Shown piece after piece: positions 1 through 11,525 of a stretch of 64,000 nucleotides of DNA; positions within the stretch are counted from its first letter, which is position 1, and the number at the start of each line of letters is the position of its first letter. The position numbers and the translations under genes were made by a program. The notes under the pieces are model-generated. The model made no database searches, was not told the origin of the DNA, and saw nothing but the letters and a program-made list of their open reading frames with translations. Origin of the DNA: Mobula hypostoma (taxonomy: Eukaryota); assembly GCF_963921235.1 (NCBI RefSeq), contig NC_086108.1, positions 9,176,001 to 9,240,000 of the forward strand, written 5' to 3'.

Positions 1-310
1 TTTCATTAAACACACATCAAAGTTGCTGGTGAATGCAGCAGGCCAGGCAGCATCTCCAGGAAGAGGTACAGTCGACGTTTCGGGCTGAGACCCTTCGTCA
101 GGACTAACTGAAGGAAGAGCTAATAAGAGATTTTAAAGTGGGAGGGTGGGGGGGGGGGGAAGATCCGAAATGACAGGAGAAGACAGGAGGGGGAGGGATG
201 GAGCCAAGAGCTGGACAGGTGATTGGCAAAAGGGATATGAGAGGATCATGGGACAGCAGGCCTAGGGAGAAAGTGGGGGGGGGGGAGAGGGGAAGACCCA
301 GAGGATGGCA
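1..310 (-). mobile_element. Penelope-like element (PLE) 3' end / non-autonomous derivative
   Basis: Reverse complement matches the 3' region that follows the GIY-YIG ORF at 51540-51900: pyrimidine-rich tract, hammerhead, then ATGCTGCCTGGCCTGCTG tail. Confidence 0.8.
70..105 (-). ncRNA. Minimal type I hammerhead ribozyme (PLE-associated)
   Basis: Minus strand reads AGTC-CTGACGA-A-GGG-TCTCAG-CCC-GAA-ACGT-C-GACT: stem I AGUC/GACU, CUGANGA core, stem II, GAAA, palindromic stem III ACGU, GUC cleavage triplet. Confidence 0.8.
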
Positions 311-419
311 ACCTCCTTTGAACCCTCTCCAATGTCAGCACATCCTTTCTTAGTTAAGGAGCATATAAAGCCTCAACATTATGTGATAAAGCCTGAACAT
401 TCCTAGTACAACAAAGTAT

Positions 420-830
420 AAAGTTCAAAGTAAATTTTATTATCGAAGTACATATATGTCACCATATACAACCCTGAGGTTAATTTTCCCGCTGCACACT
501 CAGCAAATCTATAGCTGTAACAGGATCAATGAAAGATCAACCAGAGTGCAGAAGACAAGAAACTGTGCAAGTGCAAATTAAAAGATAGCAATAAATATTG
601 CGAACATGAGATAATGAGGTAAAGAGTCCTTAAAGTGAGATCATTGGTTGTGGGAACATTTCAATGATGGGGCAAGTGAATGTAGTTACGCCCCTATTGA
701 TTGAGGGGTAGTAACTGTGTCTGAACCTGGTAGTGTGAGTCCTAAGGCTCTTGTACCTTCTACCTGATGGCAGCAGTGAGAAGAGAGCATGGCCTGGGTT
801 TTGGGGATCTCTGATGCTGGATGCTGCAAT
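420..830 (-). mobile_element. Rex1/Babar-type LINE 3' fragment
   Basis: ORF 630..833 (HPGHALFSLLPSGRRYKSLRTHTTRF-like) matches the C-terminus of the Rex1 ORF near 37100-37220. Confidence 0.75.
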
Positions 831-1364
831 CACTCAGAACAGCAAGTCAGACCAATATAAACACAAGCACTCAGCAGAAACAACTCAATTGCACACTGAT
901 TATGTCACCACGACTGGTGATAATTCGTTCACGACCTGACCTCCAGGCTCTGCAAACAACCTTACGAACAAGCAGCCAACCTCCTCCTCCATTTCAAAGA
1001 TGCCCCCTTTAAAAACTCTCGTCTCTGATGTTAAATCTCTGACCTTTTGTCTTCAGCACCCCCTCTTTAAGGCAAAAGACTGCTTCCACCCTCAAGATGC
1101 ACCAGACTTCTGCATCTGCAGTCTCTCTCTCGTCTCTCCTTGGAGAAGTGTTCCTGCCCTCTCTGCCCAGGAGACAATGGCAGTCAACTTCAGTCAATAC
1201 AACCCTGGAACACGGATTCTCAGGTCCCAATGGACATTCACTCTACGGTTTATCTCCCCGCATCCACACCCGAGCTCTCGCCAATCGCCTTTCCCCATGT
1301 CTGCCTCACTGCTATTGGCTCTCCATACACCCACCCTGGCTCTCTCTCCGACCACCTCTCCTCA

Positions 1365-1880
1365 TGTCTGTCCCGGCTCTCTCCGATCACCTTTCCCCGT
1401 GTCCGTCCCGGCTCTCTCCGATCACCTTCCCCCGTGTCCGTCCCGGCTCTCTCCGATCACCTTTCTCAGTGTCCATCCCGTCTCTCTCCGATCACCTTTC
1501 CCCGTGTCCGTCCCGTCTCTCTCCGATCACCTTCCCCCGGGTCCGTCCCGGCTCTCTCCGATCACCTTCCCCCGGGTCCGTCCCGGCTCTCTCCGATCAC
1601 CTTCCCCCGGGTCCGTCCCGGCTCTCTCCGATCACCTTTCTCAGTGTCCATCCCGTCTCTCTCCGATCACCTTTCCCCGTGTCCGTCCCGGCTCTCTCCA
1701 ATCACCTTTCCCAGTGTCCATCCCGGCTCTCTCCGATCACCTTCCCCCGGGTCCGTCCCGGCTCTCTCCGATCACCTTTCCCAGTGTCCGTCCCGGCTCT
1801 CTCCGATCACCTTTCCCCGTGTTTGTCCTGGCTCTCACCGATCACCTTTTCCCGTGTCCCTCCCAGCACTCTTGCCGATC
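1365..1880. repeat. 34-35 bp pyrimidine-rich minisatellite
   Basis: Tandem unit GTCCGTCCCGGCTCTCTCCGATCACCTT(T)CCCC(G); explains the three overlapping repetitive ORFs. Confidence 0.95.
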
Positions 1881-3104
1881 ACCGTTCCACAGACGTGGTT
1901 CCTGAGCCCTCGGTCAATGGGAATAATTATTTTCTGCAGGTCTTGAAGAACAGTCATTGACTGTTGCTCTCCACAGATACGGCCTGTCCTGTTGAGTTCC
2001 TCCAGCACTTTGTGCGCGTCTCTCTGGCTTTCCAGCATCTGCAGATTTTCTCAGTCATTTCCTGATCTACTCTGCCTGTACGCTTCACGATTGTAAATGC
2101 CTCAATCAGGTTCGGATTCAATTCACAGAAAGAAGCAGCGAAAAGTGTTATTTGCATTAACAACCGGTGTGCTGGGGACCAGCCTACAAGTATCGTCACT
2201 CATCCTGGCACCAACATGGTGCACCCACAATGCTCAGCACAGCAGCACACAGCACAGCTCAATAGCCAAAGGACAACAGCAAAACAAGCTTCATTCCTCC
2301 CTCCCACACCCAGTCCTCAGACACAGCGTCCCAACACCTTGGTTCCTTTCTCAGTCAGGACACGCACCACAGGGTGTAAGGTGTGGTGTGGTGAGGTTTG
2401 GTGCATTGTCTGTCTTCCGGCTTCAGATTCAGATTTATTCATGTGTACACTGGAGAATACAGCACTGTTTGCGCCCACAGCCGAACGTATCTCAGGGGGT
2501 GCTGACGGCAGCCCGTAAGCCCCGCCATTCATTTCAGCACAAACAGAGCATGTCCACGTTGCTCAGCAGAATCACGCAATGTAACCAAGTAACGCAACAA
2601 AAACAGCAAAACCAGCCCCGTTCCCTCCCTCCCTCAATATCCACCGTCCTCTCACCCCGGGACAGACCAGCTCTGGTCTCCTGCGAACAGAACGTCAGAA
2701 CAAGACCCATTCCTCCCTCCCTCCCTCCCACCCATAATATCCACCGTCCTCTTGCCCCGTACAGGCCAGCTCCGGTCTGTAGTGAACCCGTGGGTTCACA
2801 GACAGCGGACTTGCAAAAGCAGGGATCTGGCCATCGGCGTCAGCTTCCAATCGAGCATCATCTTTGATCTTTAGCATTGATCCCAGGAGCAGGACCCCAA
2901 AGCACTGGGCTTCAAACTCTGGTGTCACCAACTCACGTACCTAGAGGGAGTCACTGTCACTCGTGCCTCCTGACCGCCCCCATGTCAGATCTGCTTACTC
3001 CAGTGACAACAACCCCAGCTCTCCAGCCTGGCAAGTAACTAAATAAACAATCCCACATCCCCGAGTCTCATTTTACACCCTCCCCAGATCGGTCACAGTC
3101 TGAC

Positions 3105-3545
3105 ACAGTACAGCAGTAAAGTGGTTAGCACAACACTTTATCATTGTGATATTGGATTTAATTGCCCACCACTGCCTGTTGTGAGCCTGTCTACTCTCCC
3201 TATGGCTGTGTGGCTTTCCCCCACGTGCTCCAGTTTCCTCCCAAGTCCAAAGACGGATGGGCAAGTTGATATTTGTTTATTGGGATAGTGCATGGAACAG
3301 GCTCTTCTGGCCCTTCTAGCCTCCCAGCAATCCCCCGATATAATCCTAGCCTAATCACGGGACCATTTACAATGACCAATTAACCCACCAACCAGTACAT
3401 CTTTGGCCTGTGGGAGGGAACCAGAGAGCCCGGAGGAAACCCACACGGTCACGGGGAGAACGCACAAACTCCTTACAGGCCGCGGTGGGAATTGAACCTG
3501 GGTCACCGAGTGTGCTACAATGGCACCACTAAAGTGGACGCACCC
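3105..3545. mobile_element. Two V-SINE (HE1-like) copies in opposite orientation
   Basis: V-domain GTGCTCCAGTTTCCTCCCA...CCAAAGAC on plus (~3225-3255) and its reverse complement at ~3400-3440. Confidence 0.7.
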
Positions 3546-3617
3546 ATGGGCCTCCTCAGCCTCCACAAACGTCCTCTGATTATAAACTTCCTTTGAACTT
3601 TCCCCGAGGCTCTGGGG

Positions 3618-3697
3618 CAGGGGTTCCCAACCTGGGGTCCACAGACTCCTTGGTTAATGGTGGGGGTCCTGAGCATAAAGAAGATCGGGAACCCTTG
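3618..3697. mobile_element. ~80 bp hAT-like MITE (related copies ~4175-4240 and 13256-13336)
   Basis: Imperfect TIR CAGGGGTTCCCAA...CGGGAACCCTTG; the same internal sequence recurs twice more. Confidence 0.6.
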
Positions 3698-4903
3698 AGC
3701 TAGGGATGATGTTTCTCTTGGCATTGCCTAATGTAATGTTCTTACCTAGTACCTCAGCCCCTGGCTCCAGCAATACAATTCCCTCTTTACTGCTCCCAAC
3801 CTCCTATCCTGCTCACTTGCCTGCAGAATACTTCCATGTTCCCTGCTCTTCTAGAGTCAACATGTCACACAACATGGAGACAAGCCCTTCAGCCAGCTGG
3901 CTCATGCCAAGATCATCACCAAAACTAGCCCCCTTCAAAGTTCAACTTATTATGGAAGTACCTACACGTCACCATGTACAACCCTGACATTCATTCACTC
4001 GTGGGCATTTACAGGAACATACAGAAACACACTGGAATCAATGGAAAAGTACATACAAGGTACAGCGAGGGGAGGGCAAATGCAAGCAGGCTGCTCCCAC
4101 TGAAATCGGGTGGGACTACAAACTGGGTTGGCTGCGATCATGGGTTAAGCGTGAGGGCTGAAATGTGTAAGGCAGGATCCACGGATCCCGTGGTTAATAG
4201 TAGGGGTCCATCCATAAAATAAAATGGTTGGGAACCCCTGGATTAAGGGAAACATGAGGGGGCAACCTGTTCACTCAAAGGGGGGGGGGTGAGAGTGTGG
4301 AACGAGCTGCCAGTGTCAAGTGAAGCATGCAAGCTCTAAGTGAGCCTGTAGCTTTAATCAGTTCAGAGTCGAGGTGAGAGAAGTTATCCACGCTGGTTCA
4401 GGAGTCTAATGACTGTGTTTGTCCATGACCCATTTCCCTCTAAACCTTTCCTGTCCATGTATCGGTACAAATGTCCTTGAAATGTCATTTTTGTAGTTGT
4501 GGCAACCAATTATCTTGACCAATTGTTCAGTACTCGCACCCCTGTCTTCAGTCTTTTGGCTTTTATTCACTCTGAAATTTCTGTTCTCAGCCACATTCTT
4601 TCTGACTCGTGTTAATGGCTTGACATCTTTCCTCTCTCAATTACCCCCCCCCCACCACTTTCATTCTACCTTCTGAGCCTTTTTCAGTTGTCATTAAAAT
4701 TGATGACATACTGAGCAGGCCAACAGTAGACTTCAGGGAGATGTAGACATGTTGGGAGATTGATAGATGTCAGTTCGAATTTGAAGCTGAAAGTTGTGAT
4801 GCGTCTCACATGGAGTGACCGGGGGGGGGGGGGGTGGGGAGAGAAAGGATCCCATTCTGGATAGGTACAATCATGTAAGGTTCACGTTTATTTATTGTAA
4901 GTA

Positions 4904-5732
4904 CACTCAGTGACCACTTCCTTGGGTCCACCTGTACACCTGCTCGTTAATGCAAATATCTAATCAGCCAATCACATGGCAGCAATTCTTGTTATGTTTT
5001 GTAACATCCAAACATTGAACTAATTCAAAAGTTGATACGGGTGTCCGAAACGACTTGTCTAACTTTGTGTTTACTTTAGGTGAGGCACGCACGTACATCA
5101 TGTGGTTGTGTGATGACATATGCATTTCACATATTTTTACTTCTAACCCATAATGAATTATTCAAATGAACGAGAATGTTTATTCAAAATATACACACAC
5201 ACACCCATACACACACAAGATTACTCAAATATGACTGAAATATTAAATACACCACTAACTCAATGCGTAAAAGCATATGGACATGGTCAAGAGGTTCAGA
5301 GCAAACATCAGAATGGGGAAGAAGTGTGATCTACATGACTTTGACCGTGGAATGATTGTTGGTGCCAGACAGGGTGGTTTGAGTATCTCAGAAACTGCTG
5401 ATCTCCCGGGGTTTTCGTGCACAACAGTTTCCAGAGTTTACAGAGAATGGTGCAAGAAACTGAAAAACACCCGGTGAGTGGTCGTTCTATGGGTGAAAAT
5501 GCCTGGTTAATGAGACAGGTCAGAGGAGAATGGCCAGACTGCTTCAAGTGACAGGAAGGTGGCAGTAACTCAAATAACCATGTGTTACAACAGCGGTGCA
5601 CAGAGCATCTCTGAACACATAACACTGAACCTTGTAGTGGATGGGCTGTCTACAGCAGCAGATAACCATGAACATACACTTGGGGCCACTTTATTAGGGA
5701 CAGGAGGTACGTAATGAAGTGGCCACTAGGTG
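4904..5732 (+). mobile_element. Internally deleted Tc1-like transposon
   Basis: TA flanks, imperfect TIR CACTCAGTGACCACTT / AAGTGGCCACTAGGTG, and N-terminal HTH peptide MGKKCDLHDFDRGMIVGARQGGLSISETAD...TTVSRVYREW. Confidence 0.85.
4989..5256 (-). mobile_element. Gypsy solo LTR nested in the Tc1 element
   Basis: Homologous to the LTR at 32319-34125; interrupts the Tc1 sequence with an approximate AATTC/AACTC duplication. Confidence 0.7.
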
Positions 5733-6104
5733 TACATACAGCGAACTATGTTATTTGTGTTAGCATCAACACAGCCGAGGGGTGGCCCACAAGTGTCACC
5801 ACACATTCTGGTGCCAACATACCATACCCGTTATCCATGACAGAACAACGTGCAGAACTCTTTGAAAGTGGCAGACCTGGTTGTGAAAGTGGTTTAAAAT
5901 AATACGTGAAATCTTGGACTTTTAATAAACAGACCGCAGGAACAAAGAACATACTGGATGAACTTTTACGAAACACTAGTTCAGCCACACTAGCTAGTAC
6001 TGGGTACTAGACATCACTGATTGGCAGTGTATACAACTGTCACATGTACATTGAAACTTACCATGAAATGCGTAGTTTGCAACAAATCAAATTAGTGAAG
6101 ATTG

Positions 6105-6950
6105 AAGGTTGGAGAGGGTTCAAAGGATGTTCACGAAAATGATTCCAGGATAGGAAGGCTTATCGTATGAGGGTTGTTTGATGGCTCTCATCCTGTACAC
6201 ATTGGAATTCAGAAAAACGATTGCGGATCTCATTGAAACCTATTGAATGTTGATAGAGTGGATGTGAGAGGATGTTTCCTATGGTGGAAGAGTCCAAGAC
6301 CAGAGGACACAGCTTCAGAATAGGTGGATGCCCATATAGAACAGAGATGGGGAGGAATTTCTTTAGCCAGAGGTTGGTGAATCTGTGGAATTCGTTGCCA
6401 CAGGTGCTGTGGAGGCAAAGTCATTGGGTGTATTTAAGGCAAGGGTTGGTGGATTCCTGATTAATAAATCTATAGAACAACAACCAAAAATGAACCAATG
6501 AAAGACCACACCAACTTAGACATTCTACCAGAGAGAAGACGACAAATTGTGCAAATACAAAGGGAAAGAAATAATAATAATTTCCTCAACTCCGTTCTAA
6601 ATGACCTACCCCTTATTCTTAAACTGTGGCCTCTGGTTCTGGACTCACCCATCAGCAGGAACATGCTTCCTGCCTCCAGCGTGTCCAATCCCTTAATAAT
6701 CTTGTATGTTTCAATCAGATCCCCTCTCATCCTTCTAAATTCCAGTGTATACAAGCCCAGTCGCTCCAATCTTTCGACATATGACAACCCCACCATCCCG
6801 GGAATTAACCTCGTGAACCTACGCTGCACTCCCTCAATAGCAAGAATGTCCTTCCGCAAATTTGGAGACCAAAACTGCACACAGTACTCCAGGTGTGATC
6901 TCACCAGGGCCTTGTACAACTGCAGAAGGACCTCTTTGCTCCTACACTCA
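6105..6950. mobile_element. CR1 LINE 3' fragments (+ 6105-6465; - 6580-6950)
   Basis: Peptides LEYCVQFWSP, VQRRFTRLIPG, RMRGDLIETYK, TRGHS. Confidence 0.9.
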
Positions 6951-7289
6951 ATTCATTGAGTGTATTTATTCCTTTTCGTTCAAGAGCCTGATGGTTGAGG
7001 GGTAAAACTGTTCCTGAACCTGGTACCTCCTTCCTGATGGCAGCAGTGAGAAAATAGCATGTCCTGGGTGGTGGGGATCCCTGAGGATGGATGCTGCTTT
7101 CCTGTGACAGTGTTTCACGTCAGTGGGCTCAATGCTTCCATTTAATATCACAGAATGTATACGATATACAACCTGAAATTCTTATTCTCCGCAGACATCC
7201 TCAAAACACAGAAGAAAAACCCCCAAGAATGAATGACAGAAAAAATGGTGGGCCTCCATCTCTCCCTCAACGTCAGCAAAACCAAAGAG

Positions 7290-7520
7290 CCAATTATTTT
7301 CATCCTTCCCCCTCCCGGTTTCACCTAACACCGTGCGCTTCTCTCTCCCCTCCCCCACATTTTAAATCCACTCATCTTTTTTTCTCTAGTCCTGCCAAAG
7401 GGTCTCAGTCCGAAATGTCTGCTGAACTTTTTTCCCCACAGATGCTGCCTGGCCTGCTGAGTTCCTCCAGCATTTTGTGTGTGTTGCTTGGATTTCCAGC
7501 ATCTGCAGATTCTCCCTTGT
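7290..7520 (+). mobile_element. PLE 3' fragment with decayed hammerhead
   Basis: AGTCCTGCCAAAGGGTCTCAGTCCGAAATGTC followed by the same tail as the other copies. Confidence 0.7.
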
Positions 7521-7974
7521 TAGCCAATCATTGACCACAGGGGAGGGAACCCAGCTTTCATCGGAGGAGCAGAGGTGGAGAGGGTCGGCAACTTTAAATT
7601 CCTGGGTGTTATCATTACAGAGGGCCTGTCCGGGGCCCAGCACGTAAGTGTCCTTACTGAGGAGGCACGGGCTGAGTAAAGGAGCAGTTGACATTCTGAC
7701 TTGGCAAAAGATTCACAGCGACACAGTGGGAGGTATTTAAAAGCTAACTCCACCACTGATGAGGGGCATTGCAGAGGTCCCACCAAACCTTGGAAAATCC
7801 AGGGGCAATGCCAGGGAGGTTGGAAATTGTAAATGTTTTCAATCCAATCATTCTCTTCTCAATGCTTCCGTGAGGGGGGAGGTGCAGGAGCCTGAAGACA
7901 CACTGTGATTCAGGAACAGCGTCCTTCCTTTCACCATCAGATTTCAGAACCTATGAGTGGTTCCCCACTACAGT

Positions 7975-9163
7975 TCACTCTACTGAGACCAGTGTAGATC
8001 CCACAGCGGTGTGTGAAGTCGGGTGATCCCTGTCACTGGGATCAGTGTAGATCCCACAGGTCTGTACACAGTCGGGTGATTCCTGTCACTGAGATCAGTG
8101 TAGATCCCACAGGTCTGTACACAGTCGGGTGATTCCTGTCACTGGGACCAGTGTAGATCCCACAGCGATGTATGCAGTTGGGTGATTCCCGTCACTGAGA
8201 CCAGTGTAGATCCCACAGCGATGTGTGCAGTCGGGGTGATCCCTGTAACTGAGACCAGTGTAGATCCCACAGCGCTGTACACAGTCGTGTGATCCCTGTC
8301 ACTGGGATCAGTGTAGATCCCACAGCGCTGTACACAGTCGGGGTGATCCCTGTCACTGGGACCACTGTAGTTCCCACAGCACTGTGTACAGTCTGGTGAT
8401 CCCTGTCACTAGGATCAGTGTAGATCCCACAGCACTGTGTACAGCCAGGGTGATCCCTGTTACTGGGACCAGTGTAGATCACACAGCTCTGTACACAGTC
8501 GGGTGATCCCTGCCACTGGGACCAGTGTACATCCCACAGCACTGTACACAGTTGGGTGATTCCTGTCACTGGGACCAGTGTAGATCCCACAGCTCTGTGT
8601 ACAGTCAGGGTGATCCCTGTCACTGGGACCAGTGTAGATCCCACAGCACTGTACACAGTCGGGTGATCCCTGTCACAGAGACCAGTGTAGATCCCACAGC
8701 ACTGTACACAGTCGAGTGATCCCTGTCACTGGGATCAGTGTAGATCCCAGTCACTGGGACCAGTGTAGATCCCACAGTGCTGTACACAGTCAGGGTGATC
8801 CCTGTCACTGGGACCAGTGTAGATCCCACAGCACTGTACACAGTCGGGTGATCCCTGTCACTGGAACCAGTGTAGATCCCACAGCACTGTACACAGTCGG
8901 GTGATCCCTGTTACTGGGACCAGTGTAGATCCCACAGCGCTGTGTACAGTTGGGTGATCCCTGTCACTGGGACCAGTGTAGATCCCACAGCACTGTACAT
9001 AGTCAGGTGATCCCTGTCACTGAGACCAGTGTAGATCCCACAGCGCTGTGTACAGTTGGGTGATCCCTGTCACTGGGACCAGTGTAGATCCCACAGCGCT
9101 GTGTACAGTTGGGTGATCCCTGTCACTGGGACCAGTGTAGATCCCAGAGTTCTGTGTACAGTC
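7975..9163. repeat. 53-54 bp minisatellite
   Basis: Unit GGGTGATCCCTGTCACTGGGACCAGTGTAGATCCCACAGCACTGTACACAGTC, roughly 20 copies. Confidence 0.95.
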
Positions 9164-9194
9164 AGTGAAATCAGAGCGGCTGCTCGGGGAATAT

Positions 9195-10060
9195 TCATCA
9201 GAATCAGGTTTAATATATCCAGCACATGTTGTAAAATTCATTGTCTTTGTGGTAGCAGTACAATGCAACACGATAATAGAGGGAAAAAAATCTGTGAATT
9301 ACAGTATTTATATTAAATAGTTAAATTAAATTAGTGCAAGAATAAATATTCTTAAAAAGTAATGAGGCAGTGTTCATGGATTCAGTGTTGACTCAGAGAT
9401 CGGATGGCAGAGAGGGAGCTGTTCCTGAATCATTGTGTGCACCTTCAGGCTCCTGTACCTCCTCCCACATCCTATCAATGAGAAGGCGACACATACTGGG
9501 TGATGGGGGTCCTTACTGATTGACGCTGCTGTTTTGAGGCATCGCTCCTTGAAGATGTCCTGGATGCTGCAGAGGCTGGTGCCCATGATGGAGCTGACTG
9601 AGTTTACAACTCTCTGCAGCTTACTTTGATCCTGTGCAATGACCAAATGGTTGGTGATGCAACCAGTTAGAATGCGCTCCACAGTACATCTGTAGAAATT
9701 TACAAGCATCTTTGATGACATACCAAATGGCTCCATCATGGGTCCTGGCCTCCCTACCATCAAGGACATCTTTAAAACAGCAGCATCCATCATTCAGGAC
9801 CCCCGTCAGCTCGGACAAGCCCTCTTCTCACTGCTTCCATCAGGGAGGAGGTGCAGGAGCCTGAAGGCACACACCTAACATTTTAGGAACAGCTTCTTCC
9901 CCTTTGCCATCAGATTTCTGAACACAAAAGACTACTGTTGCTTTTCTGTTCTCGTTTTTTAAAAAATATTCCTTTTGTAACTTACCAAAGTTTTAATATA
10001 TTCTTGCTGCCACAAAACAAATATCAGGATATATGTCAGTGATAATAATCCTGATTCTGA
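9195..10060. mobile_element. Two Rex1-type 3' fragments in divergent orientation
   Basis: Minus piece encodes NFYRCTVERILTGCIT; the plus piece from ~9730 is homologous. Both end in ATAATAA..CCTGATTCTGA-type tails. Confidence 0.7.
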
Positions 10061-10169
10061 TAAACACTCTACAACTGTTGAACAATGTCAGATTTCGGGG
10101 TGAACTACTTTTCAAGAAAGAAGTGTTGTAACCCAGCCTGCACTCAGCAACCTCCCCAAACAGCGCCAG

Positions 10170-10730
10170 ACTATAAGATACAGGAGCAGCGTGAGGACAC
10201 TTGGCCCATCGAGTCTGCTCCACCTTTCCATCGAGCCTGATCCATTTTCCCTCTCAGCCCCAGTCTCCTGCCTTCTCCCCGAATCCCTTCATGCTCTGAC
10301 TAATCAAGAACCTATCAACCTCTGCCATAAATACAAAAAATAACTTGGCCTCCACACCCGCCTGTGGCAACGAAGTCCACAGATTCACCGCCCTCTGGTT
10401 AAAGAAATTCCTTCTCACCTCCATTCTAAGTGGACGTCCCTCTATTCTGAGGCTGTGCCCTCTGGGCCTGGACTCCCCCACCGTACGAAACATCCTCTCC
10501 ACATCCACTCTGTTGAGACCTTTCACCATTTGATCAGTATCAAGGAGGTCACCCCTCATTCTTCTGAATTCCAGGGAGCACTGGCCCAAAGGCATTAAAC
10601 GCTCCTCATGTGACAGGCCTTTCAAGCCCAGAATCATTTTTGTAAATGTTGAACCCGCTCTAATGTCAGTGCTCCCTTTGTTAGACAAGGGGCCGAAAAC
10701 TCCTCACAATACTCCAAGTGAGGCCTCAAC
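10170..10730 (-). mobile_element. CR1 LINE 3' fragment
   Basis: ORF 10254..10688 has LEFRRMRGDL, RGHSLRIEG, RNFFNQRAVNLW. Confidence 0.9.
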
Positions 10731-11269
10731 GTCATAGCCATCAGATGTGCTCTGTGATGTCGCACTCTGAAGAGAACCGCCACCGTAGTTTCTATTTGCG
10801 CAGAAGTCGCAATTCAAAACGGAGAAACTCGGGGGTGGGGGTGGGGGGGTGCTCTCTGCAGGGCAGCACTCTCCCTCAGTTCTGACACAGGGTGTGTCCG
10901 TGTCAGCCAAGGGCAAGCAGTGGAATTCCAACGCAGAACCTCTGACTCAGAGGCAAAAATGTTACCCGCCAAACAATGTACGGAGCTGAAATGATACCAA
11001 CTAACAAATCATAACAAGGAGAAGGAACACAAATTAGTCATTCGCCGAGTATCCAACACGAGTTGTGACTGTGAGAACAACAATGTAACCCAGTGAGACA
11101 ACAAGGACACATTTACCTGGTGGACACTTTGTAGGGATTACTGAAGTTACCCTGACTCTGCTGGTACAAACCATGTCAGTGAAAGGTAGACTTGGGTTTC
11201 GATAACCTCGCCCTCCAGGAGGAAGGACCTCACTGGTCAGCGGCTTCCAGAGTCGCAAGGTTCATACAG

Positions 11270-11525
11270 CAGCTCCTCCAGGAGGAGCACAAGCTTGTTG
11301 TTGGGTTTGGAGGCTTGTGTGTCCCAATGACCACGCTGGCTGGAGTCAGGGCCTTGTACTTCGGCTCTTGGTTGGGTCACCCATGCCAAACAGGTCAAAG
11401 GGTAGAGGCCAGACTAGGAGTGCTCCAAGTTTGGGTGAACAACCCTGACTGGTCAAAAAGCAATTGTCACAGAGACAGCAATGAAAATCCTTCTATACAG
11501 CCAGTGGCATAACAGGCAGCAAGTA
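11270..11525 (+). mobile_element. RTE-derived short non-autonomous element, copy 1
   Basis: GGGTCACCCATGCCAAACAGGTC...GAGGCCAGACTA shared with ~14370 and ~22490; resembles 5' ends of RTE/BovB/Rex3 elements. Confidence 0.65.

Noticed and set aside
1000..1960. Three 268-301 aa ORFs
   Set aside because: They are open only because the 34-35 bp repeat lacks stops; all frames give the same permuted peptide.
2600..2780. Short imperfect direct duplication
   Set aside because: Two diverged copies with no coding, splice or structural signal.
7975..9163. CRISPR-like array of palindromic repeats
   Set aside because: No unique spacers, no cas genes, and a eukaryotic context.
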